From contig JBDTUY010000001.1 in assembly GCA_040007495.1 (NCBI GenBank), forward strand, positions 1-51,963: a stretch of DNA of 51,963 bases. The letters are read 5' to 3'. Both the position numbers and the translations under genes were made by a program. Below, piece after piece: positions 42,550 to 51,240 of the stretch (within the stretch, counting starts at the first letter, position 1; every line of letters begins with the position of its first letter). The stretch comes from Acidobacteriota bacterium (lineage in GTDB: Bacteria > Acidobacteriota > Terriglobia > Bryobacterales > Bryobacteraceae). The notes beneath the pieces were generated by a model, which saw nothing but the letters and a program-made list of their open reading frames with translations, ran no database searches and was not told where the DNA came from.

Positions 42550-42771
42550 ACGCCCCTGTCAGGCGGATAATAATACTGGCTGGCTGCAATTCCTGCCGAT
42601 CCCCGGTAGCTCTTTCCCGGCATAAGCCTTCCAGTCATTTCACGCTAAACTACTATGAAATAGAGAGTTATCTGCCTTATTGCAAGTGGGCGGAAAAGTG
42701 CTGACGAATGGGTAGGTCTTTGTGCGTCCCCCCACGCCGGAGCCGAAGTTTGGTGAAAAGGGAGGCTCCCC

Positions 42772-42993
42772 ATGCCGTGGAACCAGATCGCCAGTCAGTG
42801 GCGCAGAGCGTTAGTGATTAAGCTGCAGGACCAATATGGCCTGGCGGAACCCGAAGCCAAGAAGCGGGCCGATCAATGGCTTCAGTGGGTGAAGAAAGAG
42901 GCCAAGAAGCCGCTTCCTGCCCGCTGCCTACCAGCCGAACCGGCGCGGAAATTGCGGGTTCCTTCCAATGTCCGCCTGGACGCGTCAGCTTAA
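42772..42993 (+). CDS. Small hypothetical protein, weakly CsbD-like
   Basis: GGGAGG lies 5 nt upstream of the ATG. W-x-QI-x3-W ... Q-x2-YG-x5-EA-x-K-x4-W echoes a CsbD stress protein with the middle deleted. The function call is low-confidence. Confidence 0.4.
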   Translation: MPWNQIASQWRRALVIKLQDQYGLAEPEAKKRADQWLQWVKKEAKKPLPARCLPAEPARKLRVPSNVRLDASA

Positions 42994-43023
42994 CCGAACC
43001 CCTGGCGGGATTTCTGTTTCCGG

Positions 43024-45507
43024 CTAGTTGGACGGCGAAGTGATCTGGGGCGGAGTGCCGACCGGTGCAACCGATTCCCCCAAAGAAGTGGTCAGCGAAC
43101 GGACACTGGAAATCCATTCCGCAGATGTCGGCGGCTGTGCCCGCCTACGCGCCAGGACCATTAAGTGCCGCACAGTATCTCCATCCGCCGGGTAGACCGC
43201 GCCGCCGAAGGAGAACGATGAGAGTGCGCCGAAGGAGATGCGATTGCCTTCCGCCAGTTGCTCCAGCCGCTGTACTTTAATGCCCAGGGACCGTTGGTCC
43301 ATGCCGGGGAATGCAAACCCGAAGGTCGCGGGACCCAGGCGCGCCAAATGATCGCCTTGCCGACAGGTCAGCCGCAGCTCCTCCGCCAGCCGGGCAAGGG
43401 TTTTGTCGGTGTGCGCCTGACCTTCCCGCACCAACACACTTTGGTACTGTTCCAGTTCCAACACCAAGACCGTCAGACTCTGCCCCGCGCGCTTGACCGT
43501 TACCAAATGGTCGTCCACCATCTCCTGGAACAGATCGGCGTTCCCCATATTGGTCACCGGATCGATCTTGGCCATTCGCTGCACGTCGCGATACTTCATG
43601 GAGTTGGCCAAAGCGAGCGCTGCCTGAGGCGTGACGGCATTCAGGATACGCAGATCGTCGCGCGTGAACGCGTCTTTATCACGGCGATATAAATTCAACA
43701 CGCCGAGCAGTTCGTTTTCACCATCCATCGGGATCGACAGAGCGGAGTTGAGACCGCCTGGCAGATCGCACCAGAACCCAGGGTCGACCGAAGGATTGCC
43801 GTTGACTACGGGTTGGCGATTGCGCGCGACCCAACCCGTGAGTCCTTCGCCCATCACCACGTCCAATTGCGCCAGCGCCGCGCGGTTCACGCCAGCGGAA
43901 AACTCCACTCGCAGCGAGCTGCCTTGGCGTACGAAAATGGCCATGGCATCGTAGGGAACGATGCCGCTCAAGACCTCGCTCAAACGGGGCATGAGTTGGT
44001 GAATATCCAATGTTCCCGACTTGCCCAGCAGGTCCCGCACCAGATTTTCTTCGCGGCGCGCTGCCGCAATCGACGACAGAAAATCTGTCGGACTCTGACC
44101 GGTTCCTGCTGCTACGTGATCCAATCCCGCATCGGGGCTGGCACCCTTCTGTACAACCGCGTTGGTGGACAGCATCTTCGGAGCCACCTCCGCAACACCC
44201 GCGTTTGCTTGTAGATCCAGAGCCACATAGTTCTGCTGCAGCGCTGTGACAACTCTGGGATCAAAGTGGCGTCCCGCCTGCGCCGTGATATATTCCATCG
44301 CTTCCTTCAGCGGCATGCCTTTGCGATACTCCCGATCTGAAGTCAGCGCGTCCAGGCAATCTACGGCCGACAGAATCCGTGCTCCAAGAGGAATCTCTTC
44401 GCCCTTCAGCCCCAAAGGATAACCGGAGCCGTCCCACTTCTCATGATGTGCGCGAACAATCGGCGCGACTGGATAGGGAAACTCCACCTGCTCGACGATC
44501 TCGGCTCCCACCAACGGGTGGACCTTCATGCGGGCGAATTCTTCCGGTGTCAGCTTCCCGGGCTTGCTCAGAATATGTTCAGGAACCGCCAGCTTCCCGA
44601 TGTCGTGCAGTAGCGCACCAGCGTGCAACGCATCCAGTTGCTCGCCCTTAATTCCCATCGCTTTGCCGATGCCCAGCGAATACACCTGCACCCTGCGCAG
44701 ATGTCCCCGGGTATTCAGGTTCTCGCGAGCCTCCATGGCCAGCGCCAAGCCTTCTATCGCGCGCAAATGTAATGCTGCCATCTGGTGGGCATGCTGCTGC
44801 TTGGATGCCAGTTCGACCTTCTGGGTCCGATAGTAGCGCCAGGCCAGCCACAGTGATGGGGCTACCAGGAACGCAGTTTGCGGTGAGATGCTGGTGGGTC
44901 CTTGATCCAGCAGTAACGCGACCGCTCCGCTGACCAGATAGTAGGGGAAGGACCAAAACGATTCTCTCCAGACAGTGCCGAGTCTTCCCGAACCTTCCAA
45001 GCGAACGGCCGCTGCGAGAGGCAGGGTGTTCGCCACGAACAACGTCCCGGCTCCGACGATCAGCCGCACAACAATGCCATCTTCAGCGTTGATAGCCGAC
45101 CTGGGCAACAACGCGTTCAGCGCGAAGACGGCGGCAGAGATCGCCGTGGCCTGCACACCGAGTGCGACTCCGATCCGGTACCAGTTGGCCCTCACGGAAG
45201 ACTGAAAACCCTGGGACGTATTTCGCAGGCTCTGCACCAACGTCGCAAAGCAGCCCACCAATACTGCTTCCGCCGGACTGAGCTGCACCATGCTCAGCAA
45301 TACGAACGGGAGACTGAGCGAGAATCCTTGCGCTCCAGACGTGCGCGAGCCTCGTTTTGCGCCGAGATATGCGAACACCCCAGCGGTTACAAAGCACACC
45401 ACAAACGGGCGTCCGTGAAAGTCCGACCAGCTGCTGCTGGATACGACCAGCTGGAATGCACCCAGCACTACCATGAACGCCACGAACAGCCGGGCTTTTT
45501 GATTCAT
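43024..45507 (-). CDS. Multidomain c-di-GMP signalling protein: ~7 TM + HD-GYP + GAF + degenerate GGDEF
   Basis: HD-GYP: GALLHDIGKLAV..HHEKWDGSGYPLGL..DCLDALTSDREYRKGM. GAF: ..IFVRQGSSLRVEFSAG..GEGLTGWVARNRQPVVNG..LGVLNLYR. GGDEF-like: DPVTNMGNADLF..TVLVLELEQY..CRQGDHLARLGPATFGFAFPG, where GPATF replaces GG[DE]EF. Confidence 0.88.
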   Translation of the reverse strand: MNQKARLFVAFMVVLGAFQLVVSSSSWSDFHGRPFVVCFVTAGVFAYLGAKRGSRTSGAQGFSLSLPFVLLSMVQLSPAEAVLVGCFATLVQSLRNTSQGFQSSVRANWYRIGVALGVQATAISAAVFALNALLPRSAINAEDGIVVRLIVGAGTLFVANTLPLAAAVRLEGSGRLGTVWRESFWSFPYYLVSGAVALLLDQGPTSISPQTAFLVAPSLWLAWRYYRTQKVELASKQQHAHQMAALHLRAIEGLALAMEARENLNTRGHLRRVQVYSLGIGKAMGIKGEQLDALHAGALLHDIGKLAVPEHILSKPGKLTPEEFARMKVHPLVGAEIVEQVEFPYPVAPIVRAHHEKWDGSGYPLGLKGEEIPLGARILSAVDCLDALTSDREYRKGMPLKEAMEYITAQAGRHFDPRVVTALQQNYVALDLQANAGVAEVAPKMLSTNAVVQKGASPDAGLDHVAAGTGQSPTDFLSSIAAARREENLVRDLLGKSGTLDIHQLMPRLSEVLSGIVPYDAMAIFVRQGSSLRVEFSAGVNRAALAQLDVVMGEGLTGWVARNRQPVVNGNPSVDPGFWCDLPGGLNSALSIPMDGENELLGVLNLYRRDKDAFTRDDLRILNAVTPQAALALANSMKYRDVQRMAKIDPVTNMGNADLFQEMVDDHLVTVKRAGQSLTVLVLELEQYQSVLVREGQAHTDKTLARLAEELRLTCRQGDHLARLGPATFGFAFPGMDQRSLGIKVQRLEQLAEGNRISFGALSSFSFGGAVYPADGDTVRHLMVLARRRAQPPTSAEWISSVRSLTTSLGESVAPVGTPPQITSPSN

Positions 45508-45694
45508 ATGATCCCCAGTCCCCCTTAATTTCGGCAGGAACTCACGATTCGATTAGTCCAGTGGAATAGGGGCTGTACTAGAGTGGTACTAGGAGATTGC
45601 TCGTACTGTTTGAATGAGCTTCCGTCCCATTGGGATCGGTTGAAAACAGCAGCTTCCGCCGCAGTATTAGGATCTCCTACAAAGGAGAATTGTT

Positions 45695-46741
45695 ATGAAA
45701 CGACTCAGCCAAGTACTGCTGATCTCGGGCCTGATTGTGGGGAGTGTCAGCGCCGACGTGGTTGTCATGAAAAACGGCGACCGGGTGACTGGAACCGTGG
45801 TCAAGAAAGACGGTGCCAACCTGACGGTTAAGACCGCCAACTTTGGAGAGGTCACGCTCCCCTGGGCGGATATCACCAACATCACAACCGACATGCAGGT
45901 CACGGTGGAGCTTGCGGGGGGCCAGCAAATCCAAGGGCCCCTGAGTACGGCAAATGGTCAGATCAATGTCGGAGGCCGGACGCTTGGGCTGGGCGATGTG
46001 GTGGCAGTCCGGGATTACGCCTCGCAGGTGGCCTATCAAAGCCGGTTGAAACCAGGCTGGGGACAATTGTGGGCAGGGACGGGCAGCCTTAGTTGGGCTG
46101 GCACGTCGGGTAATGCGAAGACCAACACCTTTGCGGTTGGAATGTCTGCGGTGCGCGCGACCAATAGCGATCAGACCTCGATCTACTTCAACGCGGTGAA
46201 AGCGTCGGCCAAAATCGGGGCGGCGGATACCAACACGGCGCAAGCGGTCCGCGGCGGTTGGTCCTACAATCGCAACCTGACGCCGAAGCTATTCTTCACT
46301 GGATTCAACGATTGGGAATACGACAAGTTTCAGGCGTTAGATCTACGCGCTGTGTTCGGCGGCGGTTTGGGCTATAAGCTCCTCAACACGGAGCACACGA
46401 AGGTGAATGTAGTGGCGGGCGGCGACTTCAATCATGCGAAGTTCGATCCGGCTCCGCTGGCGAAGTTCACGCGCAACGACGCGGAAATCTATTGGGGCGG
46501 CGATCTGGACCATCACCTGGGTGCGCGCAGTGCGCTGACCGCCAAGTTCCGCATGTTTAATAACTTGAGCAGCGAAGGCGGCTATCGCATGAATTTCGAC
46601 GCCGGCTATTCGACACAGTTGTTCAAGTGGCTATCGTGGAACGTCGCGTTTTCGGACCGTTACCTGAGCATTCCTGCACCGGGTCGTAAGGCGAACGATG
46701 TTCTGTACACCACAGGCATTGGGGTTAGCTTCTCGCATTGA
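45695..46741 (+). CDS. DUF481-family (YdiY-like) outer-membrane beta-barrel protein
   Basis: Signal peptide LLISGLIVGSVSA/D. The N-terminal block is VVMKNGDRVTGTVVKKDGANLTVKT..GEVTLPW. ..GTSGNAKTNTF.. and ..WEYDKFQALDLRAVFGGGLGY.. match DUF481 blocks, and the terminal residues are ..GVSFSH. Confidence 0.75.
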   Translation: MKRLSQVLLISGLIVGSVSADVVVMKNGDRVTGTVVKKDGANLTVKTANFGEVTLPWADITNITTDMQVTVELAGGQQIQGPLSTANGQINVGGRTLGLGDVVAVRDYASQVAYQSRLKPGWGQLWAGTGSLSWAGTSGNAKTNTFAVGMSAVRATNSDQTSIYFNAVKASAKIGAADTNTAQAVRGGWSYNRNLTPKLFFTGFNDWEYDKFQALDLRAVFGGGLGYKLLNTEHTKVNVVAGGDFNHAKFDPAPLAKFTRNDAEIYWGGDLDHHLGARSALTAKFRMFNNLSSEGGYRMNFDAGYSTQLFKWLSWNVAFSDRYLSIPAPGRKANDVLYTTGIGVSFSH

Positions 46742-46933
46742 TGTGGCGTGAGCTTCAGCTTGCGTAGAAGCTTTGGCTCCGCAATCGGCATTCGTTAGGA
46801 GGCTGAAGCCCCCGTGCTCGATAAGTCGAGCATAGGCGCTTCCAGCGCCGCATCGAATGGTCTCAGCGAGGCTAAGGTCTCTATGCAAGCTATCCGGTCA
46901 CGGATCTCCGAACGACGGAAAGCTCGTGCCACG

Positions 46934-48661
46934 TCACTTCCCGTTCAGATCGTAGAACCGCCAAGTGGACCGATAGTCGCGTGTCAGCGGCTGTCCCGTC
47001 AGATCGGCGCGGATCAGTTCCACCGGGATGCTGTTTTCCTTCAGGATCGCGTCATGAAAATCGCGATTCGACATCTTCCCGGAATCGACCAGTTCCTTGT
47101 GTAGCGCGTAAAACTGCAGCGCCCCCAGCATGTACGCGGATTGATAGATGGGCTCATACGATCCGTCAATAGACCGGCGGACCTCAGCCTCGGCATTGAA
47201 TCGCTCAAATCCGACGCGCTCCACAAGGAAGTTCACGCAGTCCTCCGCGGTCATCTGCTCCAGGTGAAAGCTAAGCGAAAAAATGATGCGCGCCGCGCGG
47301 TGCATGTGCCAGAACAGCATGCCGATGCGATCTTCAGGGCCTCGCGGGAAGTTCAGATCCCACAGCAACAGCTCCCAATAGAATGAATTCCCTTCGCTCC
47401 AGAATGGCGTGGCGAACGGTTCGCGATACACGCGATAACGCTCCGACATGAAGCCTTGCAGGTGATGCCCGGGGATCAGTTCATGAAACACGACGGAACG
47501 TGCGAAGTGTTCATTGTTTCCGCGCAACGTCATCAACTTCTGTTCTTGCGTCATCGCGCCGGTAGGCGATGCGACCAGAATCAGATCGCCACCCAGGAAA
47601 AACGGGCTGGTCAGTTGCCGCTCCGGCGACAACATCTCTTCCCACCAATCTTCGCGAGCCAATGGTGGAATGGTAACCAGGTTGCGTGTCGTCACAAACT
47701 GGATCGCCTCTTCGGCCAAGCGGCGTACCAACTCCGGCTGCTGTCCGGGCGCGACGAATCTCGTTTTTACGACTTCCAGAGCCTTGTGCCAATCGTCGCC
47801 GTAACCCATCTCGCGCGAGGCCTTCATCATTTCCTGTTCGCACCATGCGAGCTCTTTGCGCGCCAGCGTCAGCAACTCCTCTGGCGTGTACGGAATCATG
47901 TTGGCCGACAGGTCGTCCAGCAGCGCCTGACGCCCGACCGGATCTCCGATGATCGCGCCGGACTGCGTGCCTGCCGTCTCGCGCAGTGCCCGCGCGTAGC
48001 TATCCAGCGACTGGTCCACGCGGCTATACGGATTCTCCACCCACCAAGTGAAAATCGGATCGTAGCCGTCATAGAACGCGTACCAACTCTTCAACGTCTC
48101 GCGCAATGACGTTACCTGCAATGCCGCCCGATTCACCACCGCCTTCTTGGCAGTGGATCGAACGGTGGAAGTGCGAGCCGCATCGATAGCTTTTGCCAAG
48201 TCGGCGAGCCTCTGACCCACCGCTTGCGGCTCGGCCACCTGCATCCTGCGCCGTGATTCTTCCAACTCAACGATGGTTCGGTAGAACGGAATGATCGGCT
48301 CAACTTCCGTGGCACGACGTTGCTCCAGTTCGACGGAGGCTTGCTGTTTCTCCAAATGATTGCGGAGCAGCAGATAGTCGATCTGGCCATTGCGGCTCAG
48401 CTTGTCGAAGTCGATTGCCGCAAGCGACGCCTTGGCCGCAGTAAGCAGATCTGTCATGCGCTGGTGGCGCGTTGCGCTGAGTTCGAGAGGATAGGTGCGA
48501 TCCAGGGTTTTAAGATCGGCCGTGAATTGCTCGATGGTCGCGCGAAGCTCGCTTGCGTAAGGGTCCGCTGCTGGAACCTGAGCCGAGCATGGAACCACCA
48601 ACGCGAGCGAGAGCAGCAGGTTGGCGGCACAAAAAGCGAATCGGGCTCGCGTGAGCTTCAT
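46934..48661 (-). CDS. DUF885-family protein (putative secreted metallopeptidase-like)
   Basis: Signal peptide ANLLLSLALVVPCSA/Q. The FHELIPGHHLQ motif is characteristic of DUF885. The size is 575 aa. Confidence 0.8.
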   Translation of the reverse strand: MKLTRARFAFCAANLLLSLALVVPCSAQVPAADPYASELRATIEQFTADLKTLDRTYPLELSATRHQRMTDLLTAAKASLAAIDFDKLSRNGQIDYLLLRNHLEKQQASVELEQRRATEVEPIIPFYRTIVELEESRRRMQVAEPQAVGQRLADLAKAIDAARTSTVRSTAKKAVVNRAALQVTSLRETLKSWYAFYDGYDPIFTWWVENPYSRVDQSLDSYARALRETAGTQSGAIIGDPVGRQALLDDLSANMIPYTPEELLTLARKELAWCEQEMMKASREMGYGDDWHKALEVVKTRFVAPGQQPELVRRLAEEAIQFVTTRNLVTIPPLAREDWWEEMLSPERQLTSPFFLGGDLILVASPTGAMTQEQKLMTLRGNNEHFARSVVFHELIPGHHLQGFMSERYRVYREPFATPFWSEGNSFYWELLLWDLNFPRGPEDRIGMLFWHMHRAARIIFSLSFHLEQMTAEDCVNFLVERVGFERFNAEAEVRRSIDGSYEPIYQSAYMLGALQFYALHKELVDSGKMSNRDFHDAILKENSIPVELIRADLTGQPLTRDYRSTWRFYDLNGK

Positions 48662-48693
48662 CCTCGCATGATACTGTATGCTCCACCAGAGAT

Positions 48694-49485
48694 ATGATGA
48701 GGCTTGTGAATTACCGACTTGCGTTTCTTGCCACCACTGCTATCGCGTTGCCCATTTTCTTCACCTCCTGCTCGACGGCCAATACGAGCAAGGGCCAATC
48801 TGACTCGAACCCGCAATCCGTTGCAAGCGACGCTGCGCCCGCAAACAGCTCGCGAGGACATCGAAAGCACAGTGAGCGCGGCGTGGCGAATGCGAGGGCC
48901 ACCGGAACCACAGGCAAGTTCGATTTCTACGTGATGTCGCTATCTTGGTCACCCGGCTTCTGCGCGACCCCTGCGGGCCGCAATGATGACATTCAGTGCG
49001 GCCAGCAGCGTCATTTTGCGTTCGTCCTGCATGGCTTGTGGCCGCAATATGAGCAGAAGGGCTGGCCGGAGGATTGCACAACTGAACGGATCGACAACTC
49101 GACTGTAGAGCGAATGCTCGACATCATGCCCAGCCCCAAACTGGTGCTGCATGAATGGGAAAAGCACGGAACCTGCAGCGGTCTGGCACCGACAGAATAC
49201 TTCGCGGAGGCGCGTGAAGCGTTTGACAGCGTGAAGATTCCTGCGAAGTATCAGCACCCGTCAAATCAGATTTCTGTGAACCCAGAAGAGTTGCGGCGTG
49301 AGTTTGCCGAAGCGAATCCTAAGTTCGGTCACGATGGCTTTGCCGTGCTGTGCAGCAACAATGGCCGCTATTTGCAGGAAGTGCGTGCGTGTCTCTACAC
49401 CGATCTGGACGGCCGAGCCTGCAATCGCGAAGTCCTGCACGACGAGTGCAGATCGGATGCGGTCATTATGCGGCCGGTGCGGTAG
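48694..49485 (+). CDS. Ribonuclease T2 family (RNase I-like), probable lipoprotein
   Basis: Lipobox-like LPIFFTSC. FDFYVMSLSWSPGFC, CAS I FVLHGLWPQ and CAS II HEWEKHGTCS. Confidence 0.9.
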   Translation: MMRLVNYRLAFLATTAIALPIFFTSCSTANTSKGQSDSNPQSVASDAAPANSSRGHRKHSERGVANARATGTTGKFDFYVMSLSWSPGFCATPAGRNDDIQCGQQRHFAFVLHGLWPQYEQKGWPEDCTTERIDNSTVERMLDIMPSPKLVLHEWEKHGTCSGLAPTEYFAEAREAFDSVKIPAKYQHPSNQISVNPEELRREFAEANPKFGHDGFAVLCSNNGRYLQEVRACLYTDLDGRACNREVLHDECRSDAVIMRPVR

Positions 49486-49486
49486 T

Positions 49487-51133
49487 CTACCAATCGGTCG
49501 CGCGATAATCCTTCAAAAACTGCCCCCAGATGTGCTCGCCCGTATTGATGCCGCTGATGATGGGGTCCAGGATGCGAGCCGCTCCGTCGACGATATCGAG
49601 CGGGGGATGAAAGCGGTGATCCGCAGTCTTGCGCGCGGCGATCTCCACTGGATCTTCGTCCGTTACCCAGCCGGTATCCACGCTATTCATGTGAATGCCG
49701 TCGTCGTGATAATCGGTCGCGGCGGTGCGCGTCATCATGTTTAGCGCCGCCTTGGCCATATTGGTATGCGGATGGCGCGTGGTCTTCCAGTTGCGATAGA
49801 ACTGGCCTTCTACTGCCGAAACGTTGACAATGTGCTTGTCGCGATTGGGCGTACGCAGCATCAGCGGCTTCAAGCGCGCGTTGAGGATGTACGGCGCGAT
49901 GGCATTGATTAACTGAACTTCCAACAACTCAACTGTTGAAACCTCTGCCATCAATAGCCGCCACGAATTGCGTCCGCGAAGGTCGATCTGCTGCAAATCC
50001 TGATCGAGTTGACCTTCCGGAAATAGATGTTTTTGACTCAACAGTTCCTCGGCCAGCAAGGGAACCTGAGATAGTTCTGCGGGCTGAGTCAAGCCCGTCA
50101 AGCTCGGGCCGGGACTTACAAGTGACGCCAACTGCTGATCGCTATCAGCTGCAGCCAACCCTACGGGTTCCTTCAAACCTTCATAGGTGCCCACCAGGCG
50201 GCGAACATGCACCGGCATATCGCGCATGGCAGCGGTTTCGCCGTCCAACATGTGCGCGTAGAACTCTGGCGGACGACGAACCGTCTGACAGGCGTTGTTG
50301 ACAATAAAATCCAGCCGCGATCGTGTAGCCAGCAGCTTGCGGCAGAAAGCCTCAACGCTCGGGGTGTGCCGCAGGTCGAGCCCGAACACCTCTAACCGGT
50401 GACCCCATGCGTTGAAGTCGGGTTCTTCGGCGTAGCGTTTTGCCGAATCGCGCGGGAACCGCGTGGTAACGATCAACTCGGCTCCGGCGCGCAACAGCTT
50501 CAATCCCGTTTGATAGCCGATCTTGACGCGACCTCCGGTCAGCAGCGCCACGCGACCTGTCAGATCTGCGAGTTCAGTCCGCTTTGCAAAATTGAACGCC
50601 GCGCACGCCGGACACATCTGATCGTAGAAATGGTGGATCTCCGTGTACTGTGCCTTGCAAACGTAGCAATGCGGCTGCACGCCCTTGCCCGGCTTTCCCG
50701 CTTTGCGATAGCCTTCATTCGAGTTCGTGCCATCCAACAGCGCCAGAGGTTGAAAGCCTTGCGGTCCGAAGTCCTTCGGAGGATAGGAATTCGGAGTGGT
50801 GAAAACAGGCTTGCGTCGAAGCTGGCGAATGCCGGTTTCATGCAGCACCGCGCCGATGCGTTCCGATTGCGCGGCACTCCGCTGACGTTCCGCCGCTTTC
50901 TGCATGCGTCTGCGAGCCACAGGGTCCGGGTTGTAGACCTCCGCGATGGCCTGATGCAAGCGTTCGCGTTCTTCGCCTGGCAATTGGTCCAGGATGCGCC
51001 GATCGCGGGCAATCGATTCCAATAAATCCGCAGCGGCTCGCAAACGATTTAGCAACTCTGAATCGGCATCTGCTGGATTGTGCGGCAGGGGTTCTTGGGG
51101 CATGTAAAAGGACAGACGGCGCGTGTGACGCAA
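49487..51133 (-). CDS. Atypical SDR-family oxidoreductase with ~190-aa N-terminal extension containing a CxxC-x14-CxxC zinc ribbon
   Basis: Rossmann motif VALLTGGRVKIGYQ, IVNNAC and a C-terminal SDR core (..VNVSAVEG..). Upstream is HCYVCKAQYTEIHHFYDQMCPAC. The alternative start is Met at 51103. Confidence 0.8.
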   Translation of the reverse strand: MRHTRRLSFYMPQEPLPHNPADADSELLNRLRAAADLLESIARDRRILDQLPGEERERLHQAIAEVYNPDPVARRRMQKAAERQRSAAQSERIGAVLHETGIRQLRRKPVFTTPNSYPPKDFGPQGFQPLALLDGTNSNEGYRKAGKPGKGVQPHCYVCKAQYTEIHHFYDQMCPACAAFNFAKRTELADLTGRVALLTGGRVKIGYQTGLKLLRAGAELIVTTRFPRDSAKRYAEEPDFNAWGHRLEVFGLDLRHTPSVEAFCRKLLATRSRLDFIVNNACQTVRRPPEFYAHMLDGETAAMRDMPVHVRRLVGTYEGLKEPVGLAAADSDQQLASLVSPGPSLTGLTQPAELSQVPLLAEELLSQKHLFPEGQLDQDLQQIDLRGRNSWRLLMAEVSTVELLEVQLINAIAPYILNARLKPLMLRTPNRDKHIVNVSAVEGQFYRNWKTTRHPHTNMAKAALNMMTRTAATDYHDDGIHMNSVDTGWVTDEDPVEIAARKTADHRFHPPLDIVDGAARILDPIISGINTGEHIWGQFLKDYRATDW

Positions 51134-51155
51134 CCATTATCGCGCGAAAGCCCCG

Positions 51156-51209
51156 CAGAAATGAAAAACCGGAGAAGCCGACCAGACTGTGGCACGACTA
51201 CTCCGGTTT
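51156..51209 (-). terminator. Hairpin plus U-tract after the small secreted protein gene
   Basis: On the minus strand, AAACCGGAG..(26 nt)..CTCCGGTTT is followed by TTCATTTCT. It lies 32 nt downstream of the stop at 51241. Confidence 0.5.
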
Positions 51210-51240
51210 CGATTACAGCTCGCGAACGTCGCGAGGAAAG

